Counted from the stretch's first letter, positions 8,675 to 15,850 are shown. The stretch: DNA of 27,751 bases from Candidatus Binatus sp. (GCA_035602075.1 DATNNA010000055.1:1-27751), one strand, 5' to 3'. Translations and numbers: made by a program. The notes: generated by a model from the letters alone, not told the origin.

Positions 8675-8717
8675 TGTTACCGGCCGCGCACGACCACGTT
8701 ACCCGACTGTTGATCGC

Positions 8718-9764
8718 TCAGTCGATGAGCTTCATGACCGCTGGCGTGTAGGCCGGCGGATTCACGATCGTCGGGTCGATCTGGGTCCCGTTCGGGAGGA
8801 TCGGGGCGCGGATGAAGTGCAGGGTGACCATCTGCTGGCTGCAGCTCACCGCGTCGATGAACACCGTCACGAAACCGATCGGCACCACCGTCGACCCGCC
8901 CACGTCGCCGTTGAGCACCGCCATGACCGCTACCCTGGGGCTGTCGACGCTGTAGCTGCGCCAGGTCTCGCTCGTGTGCCCGACCGCATTGATGCGGGAA
9001 TTCAGCGCGTCGCAAGTCACCTGCGTGATCGTCTGGATGTCGTTCGCGGGGTATGGCTTGTTGAGCTGGATGAGCGTCTTGAGGCCGTTGAGCCAGGCGT
9101 CAGCCAGGGTCTGTCCGGTGACGGTGAACGTCCCGTAGTTGACGTTGCCCGCGCCACCGCCGGCGGGGCTCAAGTTCGCCCTGTACTCCTGGCCGTCGAC
9201 GTAGTTGGCGGGGACTGAGTCCTTGTTCACCGCCATCGGCAGCATGCCGAGGATATTGCTCGTATATCCCCAGGCCCCGGTCGCCGTGGTCTTGATGTCG
9301 TATCTCGTGATGCCGACCACCCGGATGAACAGCGTCTCGTAGTTCGAGGCGACCGTCACTTTCAGGCCGCGAACGCTCGAGTCGCTCCAGCCCATGGCGG
9401 TGGGCGTGCCGTAAACATCGGTCGGAGTGATCGTCAGCGCCGCGTTGACACCGTCGTTCCGCGTGCCGTCCGGGTCAGGCGCACCGTTGGCTTCGGCCGC
9501 GGCTTGCGCTGCCTTCACGGCAGCCGTCTGGAATGCGGAGGGGTAGTTGCTGGCAAAGCGATTCTGGAGCAGGACGTAGGTTCCCGCGAGGGCAGCGGCG
9601 TCGGCCGCGTTCTGCATCTGGCGCCGCGAGTGGAAGGCCTGGCCGCCGTCCATGACGAGGCCGAGGAAGCCAATCAGCGTCGTCATGATCAGGATGAAGA
9701 TCAGCATGGTCTGACCGCGCTGACGACGGCGGGCCGCCTTACGGTCGAGCAGCGTCTGCTTCAT
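8718..9764 (-). CDS. TadG-like (Tad domain) protein (G2, cassette B)
   Basis: RG|QTMLIFILIM..LIGFLGLVMDGG.....RRQMQNAADAAALAG; 348 aa; ATGA overlap with the upstream TadE. Confidence 0.87.
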   Translation of the reverse strand: MKQTLLDRKAARRRQRGQTMLIFILIMTTLIGFLGLVMDGGQAFHSRRQMQNAADAAALAGTYVLLQNRFASNYPSAFQTAAVKAAQAAAEANGAPDPDGTRNDGVNAALTITPTDVYGTPTAMGWSDSSVRGLKVTVASNYETLFIRVVGITRYDIKTTATGAWGYTSNILGMLPMAVNKDSVPANYVDGQEYRANLSPAGGGAGNVNYGTFTVTGQTLADAWLNGLKTLIQLNKPYPANDIQTITQVTCDALNSRINAVGHTSETWRSYSVDSPRVAVMAVLNGDVGGSTVVPIGFVTVFIDAVSCSQQMVTLHFIRAPILPNGTQIDPTIVNPPAYTPAVMKLID

Positions 9765-10306
9765 TCGATCACCATGGTGGTCGAGCTCACGATCCGGAGC
9801 GCTCCACCCCCCCAGAAGTTCGAGATCAGGGGCGTGATCGCCCGAAAGTCGTAGTTCACGTCGACCCGGACGGCATTCGGGTTCTGATAGATGCGTTGAT
9901 CACCAGGCAATGGGTTGCAGTTCGCTGCCGCATCCGTCGGCATTCCGGTGGTCGCGTCCACCCAGTAGACGGCGATGTTGGAGTCGGCCACTACCACGGT
10001 TGTTCCCGCCTCCTGTTTCACGCGGTATTTGACGTTGCTCGGGTCGGCCTTGCACGTCGAGGTGATCGCGGTCGGGTGGGTAATGGCGTAACGAGCCCCC
10101 TCCCGGGCCGCGTTCGCGATCGAGGTCCAGTAATAGAAAACTCGCCCGAAGTCGACGACCCCGAGCAGGATCAGCATCAGGATGGGCAGGATCAGCGCGA
10201 ACTCGGTCAGCGACTGCGCCGATTTACGGCGCCGGCGGTCTTCGCGGCTCTGGCCCGGCTCGGCTTCCAAGCCATGGCGTCCTAAGGCACGGCTAAGGAA
10301 AAACAT
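9761..10306 (-). CDS. TadE-like minor pilin (cassette B)
   Basis: SA|QSLTEFALILPIL..ILLGVVDFGR......IANAAREGARYA; C-terminal YDFRAITPLI...IE. Confidence 0.87.
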   Translation of the reverse strand: MFFLSRALGRHGLEAEPGQSREDRRRRKSAQSLTEFALILPILMLILLGVVDFGRVFYYWTSIANAAREGARYAITHPTAITSTCKADPSNVKYRVKQEAGTTVVVADSNIAVYWVDATTGMPTDAAANCNPLPGDQRIYQNPNAVRVDVNYDFRAITPLISNFWGGGALRIVSSTTMVIE

Positions 10307-10379
10307 GCGTCGCCAGTATGTGGCGGGAGTCTTGCAATGACTGCAGCGTCGGATGAATTTTTACCACCCTGCGACGGCA

Positions 10380-10410
10380 GCGCAACAGGTCCTCGGCAGC
10401 CCTGCTGCGC
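10380..10410. repeat. inverted repeat between cassettes C and B
   Basis: GCGCAACAGG-N11-CCTGCTGCGC, 10-bp arms with one mismatch that is a G-U pair on the minus-strand RNA. No U tract. Confidence 0.5.
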
Positions 10411-10509
10411 ATAAACCCGACGATGAGGTCGCTCGCGACGTCTTTAGCCGGCGTTTATTGATGAGTCTGCTACTCGACGGACTGGCCGGCTATTTCGATG
10501 ACGCCGGTG

Positions 10510-11046
10510 CTACTCGATCCTTACCTGCTCGTCGGCGATCAGGTTGAAGGTGGCGCCTGTGACCTGACTCAGGATGGGGACGATCGGCGTGAACGTGTAG
10601 GCGAGGTGGACCTTGACGATGTCTCCGGTCCGGGGTTGCGTCACCGGGTAGCTGTTGTCCTGGACGATCGTGTTCGTGGCCGCGGCCCAGTGGGCGCACT
10701 GCACCAGCGTAGCGCTGGTTCCGTCGTAGTAGGTGACCGAGATATGCGCGGCGTCATTGAGAAAGGATATTCCCGCCGTGTTACCCACGTACTGCATGCG
10801 CCCCTGCACGGTGTTGAACGGTGCCGCGGCGGCGTTGGAGTTGGTGGCCGCTGCCCCACCACTGCTGTTCGACCAGTTGACGGCGGCGTAGCGGGCGCCC
10901 TCTCTGACCGCGTTCGTCATCACCGTGTACTGGTAGTAGGCGCGGCCGAGATCGACGATGCCGAGCAGGATGAAGATCAGCACGGGCGTGATCAGCGCCA
11001 TCTCGACGAGCGCCTGGCCGCGCCGGCGGGGCAGCAGGCGCCTCAT
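10510..11046 (-). CDS. TadE-like minor pilin (cassette C, third gene)
   Basis: RG|QALVEMALITPVL..ILLGIVDLGRAY.....MTNAVREGARYA; ends FTPIVP...VRIE. Confidence 0.88.
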   Translation of the reverse strand: MRRLLPRRRGQALVEMALITPVLIFILLGIVDLGRAYYQYTVMTNAVREGARYAAVNWSNSSGGAAATNSNAAAAPFNTVQGRMQYVGNTAGISFLNDAAHISVTYYDGTSATLVQCAHWAAATNTIVQDNSYPVTQPRTGDIVKVHLAYTFTPIVPILSQVTGATFNLIADEQVRIE

Positions 11047-12164
11047 TGGGTCAACCGGAACACCATCGGGTTCCCAGTACCATTTGTGGGGACGCCGAGG
11101 CCGCCGCTTCCGGGCACGCCACTCGAGTTCACCCAGTAGCCGCCGATCGTGATCGAGTGCGAGGCGTTGTAGACCACGAACTGGATGTAGAAGGCGAGGA
11201 ATTCTTTAACCGTCGTCGGGCTGGTCCCGCTCGAGCTGTTGTTGACGGCCAGCATGAATACGCGCGGGTTAGAGGGGGAGAATTTGCCCGCCTGCGGCAG
11301 GTCACCGGCGAATGCCTGGTTCGCGTTCGACCGCTGGATCCGGACATTCAGACCCTGCGCGAAGCCGTCGTTCGCGGGGTGACCGGCGGTATCGATCTGG
11401 TAGCTCGGCCCGATGCTGAGCGTGCCCGACAGCCCATTGGCGCTGCTGTTGAGTGTTGCTGGCGTGGCGCTGGTGGGCGGGTCGTTGAGGATATGAAAGT
11501 TCTGCTGACCGGGCGCCGGCGAGATGAACGCGAGCGGGATCGCAAAGCCCAGGCTGTCGTTCTGGCCCGCCGAGCAGCAGGCCACGCCGCCGTCGTCTGT
11601 GGTCACGAGGAACGGCGTATACAGCGGATGGGTCCCTGACCCGGAGTCGCTGTTCATCAGGAGTGGCGACGCCCCCACGAGCGCGTTCGCGGTTCCGAAC
11701 TGCGCCATGCCGCTTACCGTCACCCCGACCTGTAGAATGCCGACGGCCCGGAACAGGAAGGTATCGCGGTTAGCCGCAATTGTCACCCTCATCCCCTGGG
11801 CGACCTTGCCGCCGGGGATGATTGGCAGATTGCCGGCGTCGTTGGCGAAGGCGGCGCCCGTGTTGTCGACCCAGACGATCGTGATGGTGTCCGGTGCCGA
11901 AGCGCCGTTTCGATTCGCGAAGAGGATGGCGGTGTTGCGCTGGGCTGTGTAGTTCTGCGTTCCGCCCACGTTGGTGACCTGTTCCATGGCGAGGTGGGTG
12001 CCCGCCATCGCGGCTGCGTCAGCCGCCGTTTGCAGCATTCGGCGCTGCGTATAGCTATTCCCGACGTCGATCGACAGCGCCAGCATGCCCGTCAGCGCAA
12101 TGATCATCAGCGCCACGAGTACGATCGCCTGTCCCTTTTCGCGTTGGGCGGTTTTCTTCTTCAT
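11043..12164 (-). CDS. TadG-like (Tad domain) protein (G3, cassette C)
   Basis: KG|QAIVLVALM...TGMLALSIDVGNSY.QRRMLQTAADAAAMAG; 373 aa; ATGA overlaps at both ends. Confidence 0.88.
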   Translation of the reverse strand: MKKKTAQREKGQAIVLVALMIIALTGMLALSIDVGNSYTQRRMLQTAADAAAMAGTHLAMEQVTNVGGTQNYTAQRNTAILFANRNGASAPDTITIVWVDNTGAAFANDAGNLPIIPGGKVAQGMRVTIAANRDTFLFRAVGILQVGVTVSGMAQFGTANALVGASPLLMNSDSGSGTHPLYTPFLVTTDDGGVACCSAGQNDSLGFAIPLAFISPAPGQQNFHILNDPPTSATPATLNSSANGLSGTLSIGPSYQIDTAGHPANDGFAQGLNVRIQRSNANQAFAGDLPQAGKFSPSNPRVFMLAVNNSSSGTSPTTVKEFLAFYIQFVVYNASHSITIGGYWVNSSGVPGSGGLGVPTNGTGNPMVFRLTQ

Positions 12165-12703
12165 TCGATCCTCGTTTGGGCCATAGCCACCAGCTGCAGT
12201 GGGTTCCCCATGATCTGAGCCATCAAGGGCGTGATCGGCGTGAAGTCGGAGACGACCAACACTCTGATCGCGTCACCCTCCTTGGGGCACTTCTGGCCAC
12301 TGCCGCTCGTGGGCGCGGTATAGGGGGCGTCCCAGACGATGGCGTTCGACCCGTAGTTAAAGTGCGCGCACTGTTTGTATGGGCTGGCGGTCATGTCGTA
12401 GAACGTGATCTGCATGTGGCCAGCGTTGTTGACGATGCCAAGGCCGCCATCAGCGAGCCTGATGCGGCCTTGGACGGTGTCCTGCGCCGGTGAGGCGGCG
12501 TTGGACAGGTTGGAGAATCCATACGCTGCCACGCGCGCTCCCTCTCGGGCGGCGTTGACGAGCGCGACATACTGGAAGTAAGCCCGGCCGAAGTCAACCA
12601 GGCCGAACAGCATGAGCGCCAGGAGGGGCATGGCAATCGCCAACTCGACGACGGCCTGGCCCGGGCGCGCCGCCAGACGCCCGCGAATCTGCCTCAGGTT
12701 CAT
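12161..12703 (-). CDS. TadE-like minor pilin (cassette C, first gene)
   Basis: PG|QAVVELAIAMPLL..MLFGLVDFGRAY.....LVNAAREGARVA; ends FTPITP...TRIE. Confidence 0.88.
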   Translation of the reverse strand: MNLRQIRGRLAARPGQAVVELAIAMPLLALMLFGLVDFGRAYFQYVALVNAAREGARVAAYGFSNLSNAASPAQDTVQGRIRLADGGLGIVNNAGHMQITFYDMTASPYKQCAHFNYGSNAIVWDAPYTAPTSGSGQKCPKEGDAIRVLVVSDFTPITPLMAQIMGNPLQLVAMAQTRIE

Positions 12704-12712
12704 GACTTCTTG

Positions 12713-12748
12713 AATTACACAGCCCCGGAATTGCCGTTTGCCTTGCGC
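12713..12748 (-). promoter_or_regulatory. bipartite motif GCGCAA-N17-GGGCTGTGTAATT, copy 1
   Basis: Ends 9 nt before the cassette C start codon. An identical motif with identical spacing is at 14115-14150. Confidence 0.65.
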
Positions 12749-12892
12749 CTCTGGAAGGGATGGATCAGCCGGATGGCGGGTCGGTAACGGTTTTGCGCCG
12801 GCGCCGGCCAGTCGCTGAGTTCGCTCCTATAGTGCTTCGTTAAGTCGCCGCGACGAGGCCCCATAGGTTCAGACGGTTTTTCGGCCGCAACC

Positions 12893-12931
12893 CTACGCAC
12901 CCGTGACATGGGACGCGCGGATACGCCTCAT
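12893..12931 (-). pseudogene. possible 5' remnant of a TadE gene downstream of G4 (MRRIRASHVTGA*)
   Basis: The G4 stop overlaps ATG AGG CG exactly as the G3 stop overlaps its TadE start (CAATGAGGCG in both). The frame closes after 12 codons. Confidence 0.4.
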
Positions 12932-14064
12932 TGCGTCAGCCGGAACACCATCGGATTACCGGTACCCCCCGTCGGCAGGCCGAACCCACCGCTTCCGGGC
13001 ACGCCGCTCGAGTTCACCCAGTACCCGCCGATCACGATCTTGTGGGTACCGGTGTCATACACGACGAACTGAAGATAGAACGCCAGGAACACGTAGATGG
13101 GTGTCGGGTTGGTTCCGCCCGCACTGGTGTTTACCCCGGTCATGAAGACCCGTGGGTTGTAGGGCGAGAACTTGCCGGGCTGCGGCAGGTCGCCGGCAAA
13201 GACCGGGTTGGCGATCGACCGCAGAATGCGGTCATTCATTCCAAGCGCGAAGTTGTCGTTCGCTGGCTGACCCGCGGGATCGATGTAATAGAGCGGCCCG
13301 ATGCTGAGCGTGCCGGTGATCCCATTGGCCGCGCTCGATCGAGTCGCCGGCGACGTCGCACTCGTCGGCGGGTCGTTCAGGATGTGAAAGTTATTGACTG
13401 GGGGTGCCGGCGCCACGAAGGCCAGCGGAATCGGATACCCGAGGCTGTCCAGTTGCCCGAGGGAGCAGCACGCTGGCCCGCCGTTGTCCGTCGTAACGAG
13501 GACCGGCGTGTACAGGGCGGTTGGTCCGGTTCCGACGATGACGGTGTCCCTGTTCATGAGCAGGGGGGCCGCCCCCACGAGCGCGTTCGCGGTGCCGAAC
13601 TGCGCCATCGCGCTGACCGTCACCCCTACCTGGATGATGCCCAGAGCCCGAAACAGCAACGTATTCCGGTTACCCGAAATCGTGACCTTCATGCCCTGCG
13701 CGACCTTGCCCGGCGGAATGACCGGGAGGTTGCTGACGTCGTTGGCAAAGGCGGCCCCAGTATTGTCGACCCAAACGATCGTGATGGTGTCCGGTGCCGA
13801 AGCGCCGTTTCGATTCGCGAAGAGGGTTGCGGCGCTGCGCTGGGCCGTGTAGTTCTGCGTGCCGCCCACGTTCATGATTTGCTCCATGGCGAGGTGGGTG
13901 CCCGCCATCGCCGCCGCGTCAGCCGCCGTCTGCAGCATGCGCCGCTGGCCGTAGCTATTGCCGACGTCGATCGACAGCGCCAACATGCCCGTCAGTACGA
14001 TCATCATGAGCGCGACGAGTATGATCGCTTGTCCCTTTTGAAGCTGGCTGACTTTACTGTTCAT
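12928..14064 (-). CDS. TadG-like protein, stand-alone paralog of G3 (G4)
   Basis: True start MNSKVSQLQKG|QAIILV at 14064, with GAGGA 5 nt upstream; the ORF-track extension to 14253 runs through the promoter region. 378 aa, approx. 77% identical to G3 by manual alignment. Confidence 0.88.
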   Translation of the reverse strand: MNSKVSQLQKGQAIILVALMMIVLTGMLALSIDVGNSYGQRRMLQTAADAAAMAGTHLAMEQIMNVGGTQNYTAQRSAATLFANRNGASAPDTITIVWVDNTGAAFANDVSNLPVIPPGKVAQGMKVTISGNRNTLLFRALGIIQVGVTVSAMAQFGTANALVGAAPLLMNRDTVIVGTGPTALYTPVLVTTDNGGPACCSLGQLDSLGYPIPLAFVAPAPPVNNFHILNDPPTSATSPATRSSAANGITGTLSIGPLYYIDPAGQPANDNFALGMNDRILRSIANPVFAGDLPQPGKFSPYNPRVFMTGVNTSAGGTNPTPIYVFLAFYLQFVVYDTGTHKIVIGGYWVNSSGVPGSGGFGLPTGGTGNPMVFRLTQ

Positions 14065-14090
14065 TCGATCCTCGTGTGGCCACGGCCATG
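14061..14090 (-). pseudogene. possible 3' remnant of a TadE gene upstream of G4
   Basis: ATGGCCGTGGCCAC-ACGAGGATCGAATGA versus GTGGCTATGGCCCAAACGAGGATCGAATGA (VAMAQTRIE*) at the end of the 12161-12703 TadE. Confidence 0.5.
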
Positions 14091-14093
14091 TAC

Positions 14094-14109
14094 TGCGAGC
14101 CGGCTCGCA
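14094..14109. repeat. perfect 16-bp palindrome TGCGAGCCGGCTCGCA
   Basis: Read directly; lies between motif copy 2 and the G4 start. Confidence 0.7.
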
Positions 14110-14114
14110 CGTGA

Positions 14115-14150
14115 AATTACACAGCCCTTCGCTTACCATGCGCGTTGCGC
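14115..14150 (-). promoter_or_regulatory. bipartite motif GCGCAA-N17-GGGCTGTGTAATT, copy 2
   Basis: Both parts are offset exactly 1402 bp from copy 1; the spacer sequences are unrelated. Confidence 0.65.
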
Positions 14151-14308
14151 TCAGGGGACGCCGATTCCGCTCTTGTCTCGGATTGGTAACCAGCGCAACG
14201 TGATCAGCTAAAAAGGCGCTAACAATCCTGTGCGCATCAGAAGCCTTCACCAATCGCCGACGTCGACCAAGACGTGCCTCTTGGATGTCCGATTTCCGCT
14301 AGCCTTAG

Positions 14309-15850
14309 ATGTCGGCACGCCCCATGATGAGTTCCGTGACCGCAAACCCTCTCGATTTCGAGCGCTGCTACCGGGCTGTCGAAAGCCGCGACGCGCGCTT
14401 CGACGGCTGGTTCATCACCGCCGTCAAAACCACCGGCGTCTACTGCCGCCCGAGCTGTCCGACGCCGGTCCGCCCGAAGCGCGAGAACGTCCGGTTCTAT
14501 CCGACCGCGGCAGCCGCGCAGCTTGCCGGGTTTCGCGCCTGCAAGCGCTGCCGCCCAGACGCGTCCCCCGGTTCCCCGGAGTGGAACGTGCGCGGCGACC
14601 TCGTCGGACGGGCCATGCGGCTGATCGCGGATGGGGCCGTCGATCGCAACGGCGTCGCCGGGCTGGCGCAACGGCTCTCCGTCAGCGAGCGTCATCTCCA
14701 TCGCCTGCTGCTCAGCGAGCTCGGCGCCGGGGCGCTCGCGATTGCTCGCGCCCAACGCGCCCAGACCGCGCGCGTGCTGATCGAGACGACCGACCTGCCG
14801 TTCACAGATGTCGCGTTTGCGGCCGGCTTCGAGAGCATCCGGCAATTCAACGACACCGTTCGCGAGGTGTTCGCACTCACGCCCACGACGCTGCGTACCG
14901 CGGGACGGCGGCGCGGCGACATGACCGACGGTGCGCTCACACTCCGCCTCCCCTATCGGCCGCCGCTTGATTGGGCGGCGTTATCCGGTTGGCTGCGGGT
15001 GCGTGCGCTCCCTGGCGTCGCCGAGATGAACGGCCGTACATACCGCCGCACGCTGCGCCTCCCACGGGGCAGCGGGGTGGTCGCGCTGGAACCGATCGAC
15101 ACCCACATCCGCTGCACGCTCCGCCTCGAGTCGATGGCGGACCTGACGAGCGCGGTACGGCAGTGCCGCCGCTTGCTCGACCTCGACGCCGACCCGCTGA
15201 GCGTCGTCGAGGTACTGTCACAGGACCGCCGTCTCTCATCAGTCGTGAAGAAGCGCCCGGGGTTACGTGCACCTGGTGCGGTCGACGGGACGGAGCTCGC
15301 GATCCAGGCGATTCTCGGGCAGCAGGTTTCGCTTGCCGCGGCGCGCACGCTGGCCTCCCGCCTCGTGACCGAGCACGGCGACGTGATCAAGATCGCGGAT
15401 CCGACGCTCACGCACCTCTTCCCCCGGGCCGACGCGATCGCCGACGCCGACCTGTCGAAGCTCGGCGTCCCCGCGATGCGACGGGCGACGCTGTACGCGC
15501 TTGCCCGCGCCGTCGCGGGCGGCACGCTCGCGCTCGACCCAGGCGCCGACCGGGGCCAGACCTACCAGCAGCTGATGCGGCTGCCCGGGATCGGTGAATG
15601 GACCGCCGGCTATATCGTGATGCGGGCGCTCGGCGACCCCGATACGTTCCTTCCGAGCGACCTCGGCATCAAGAAAGCCGGTGCCCGTCTCGGCCTCGGC
15701 AGCAACCCGCGTGCAATGTCCGAACACGCCGCCGCCTGGCGCCCCTGGCGGAGCTACGCGACCCACCAGTTGTGGGCGACACTCAGCGATACCCCGAACA
15801 AGCCAGCCCAGCGTGGAAAGGCTGGCGTGACGGTTAAGGAGGCCTCGTAA
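14309..15850 (+). CDS. alkA: Ada metal-binding/AraC-HTH fused to AlkA DNA-3-methyladenine glycosylase
   Basis: DARFDG.F..AVKTTGVYCRPSC, GFRACKRC, HTH (VSERHLHR; AFAAGFESIRQFN), AlkA-N, HhH-GPD (LPGIGEWTA.Y..MRAL..PD.F..SDLG). The real start may be 14324-14336. Confidence 0.93.
   Translation: MSARPMMSSVTANPLDFERCYRAVESRDARFDGWFITAVKTTGVYCRPSCPTPVRPKRENVRFYPTAAAAQLAGFRACKRCRPDASPGSPEWNVRGDLVGRAMRLIADGAVDRNGVAGLAQRLSVSERHLHRLLLSELGAGALAIARAQRAQTARVLIETTDLPFTDVAFAAGFESIRQFNDTVREVFALTPTTLRTAGRRRGDMTDGALTLRLPYRPPLDWAALSGWLRVRALPGVAEMNGRTYRRTLRLPRGSGVVALEPIDTHIRCTLRLESMADLTSAVRQCRRLLDLDADPLSVVEVLSQDRRLSSVVKKRPGLRAPGAVDGTELAIQAILGQQVSLAAARTLASRLVTEHGDVIKIADPTLTHLFPRADAIADADLSKLGVPAMRRATLYALARAVAGGTLALDPGADRGQTYQQLMRLPGIGEWTAGYIVMRALGDPDTFLPSDLGIKKAGARLGLGSNPRAMSEHAAAWRPWRSYATHQLWATLSDTPNKPAQRGKAGVTVKEAS

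Noticed and set aside
3223-12703. Twin-arginine (Tat) signals in the Arg-rich pilin leaders
   Set aside because: The Arg runs precede G/A|Q-x-x-x-E/hydrophobic class III prepilin sites, which explains them.
12715-12909. 64-aa minus-strand ORF in the C/D spacer
   Set aside because: No pilin motif or RBS, and it overlaps the bipartite promoter motif; probably spurious.
12704-12927. c-di-GMP-I (GEMM) riboswitch, suggested by GGCAAAC and GCGCAAAAC
   Set aside because: The fragments are in the wrong order and the P1 GNRA hairpin and P2 receptor stem cannot be built; an Infernal search would settle it.
11043-14064. Diversity-generating retroelement (G3/G4 as VR/TR)
   Set aside because: Differences are spread over the whole gene, include many synonymous non-adenine changes (e.g. 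GGC/GGG, ACC/ACG) and indels, and no reverse transcriptase is present.
3223-14064. Shufflon or invertible pilin-tip system
   Set aside because: All cassettes have the same orientation, no inverted recombination sites bound them, and no recombinase is in the window.
12931-14211. 426-aa plus-strand ORF, and other long antisense ORFs (e.g. 1458-2414, 19841-21196, 22940-24019)
   Set aside because: Shadow frames of well-supported genes in high-GC DNA; Arg/Gly-rich with no recognisable motifs.
14270-14308. Ada-box operator upstream of ada-alkA
   Set aside because: Plausible by position, but no consensus could be matched with confidence from the sequence alone.
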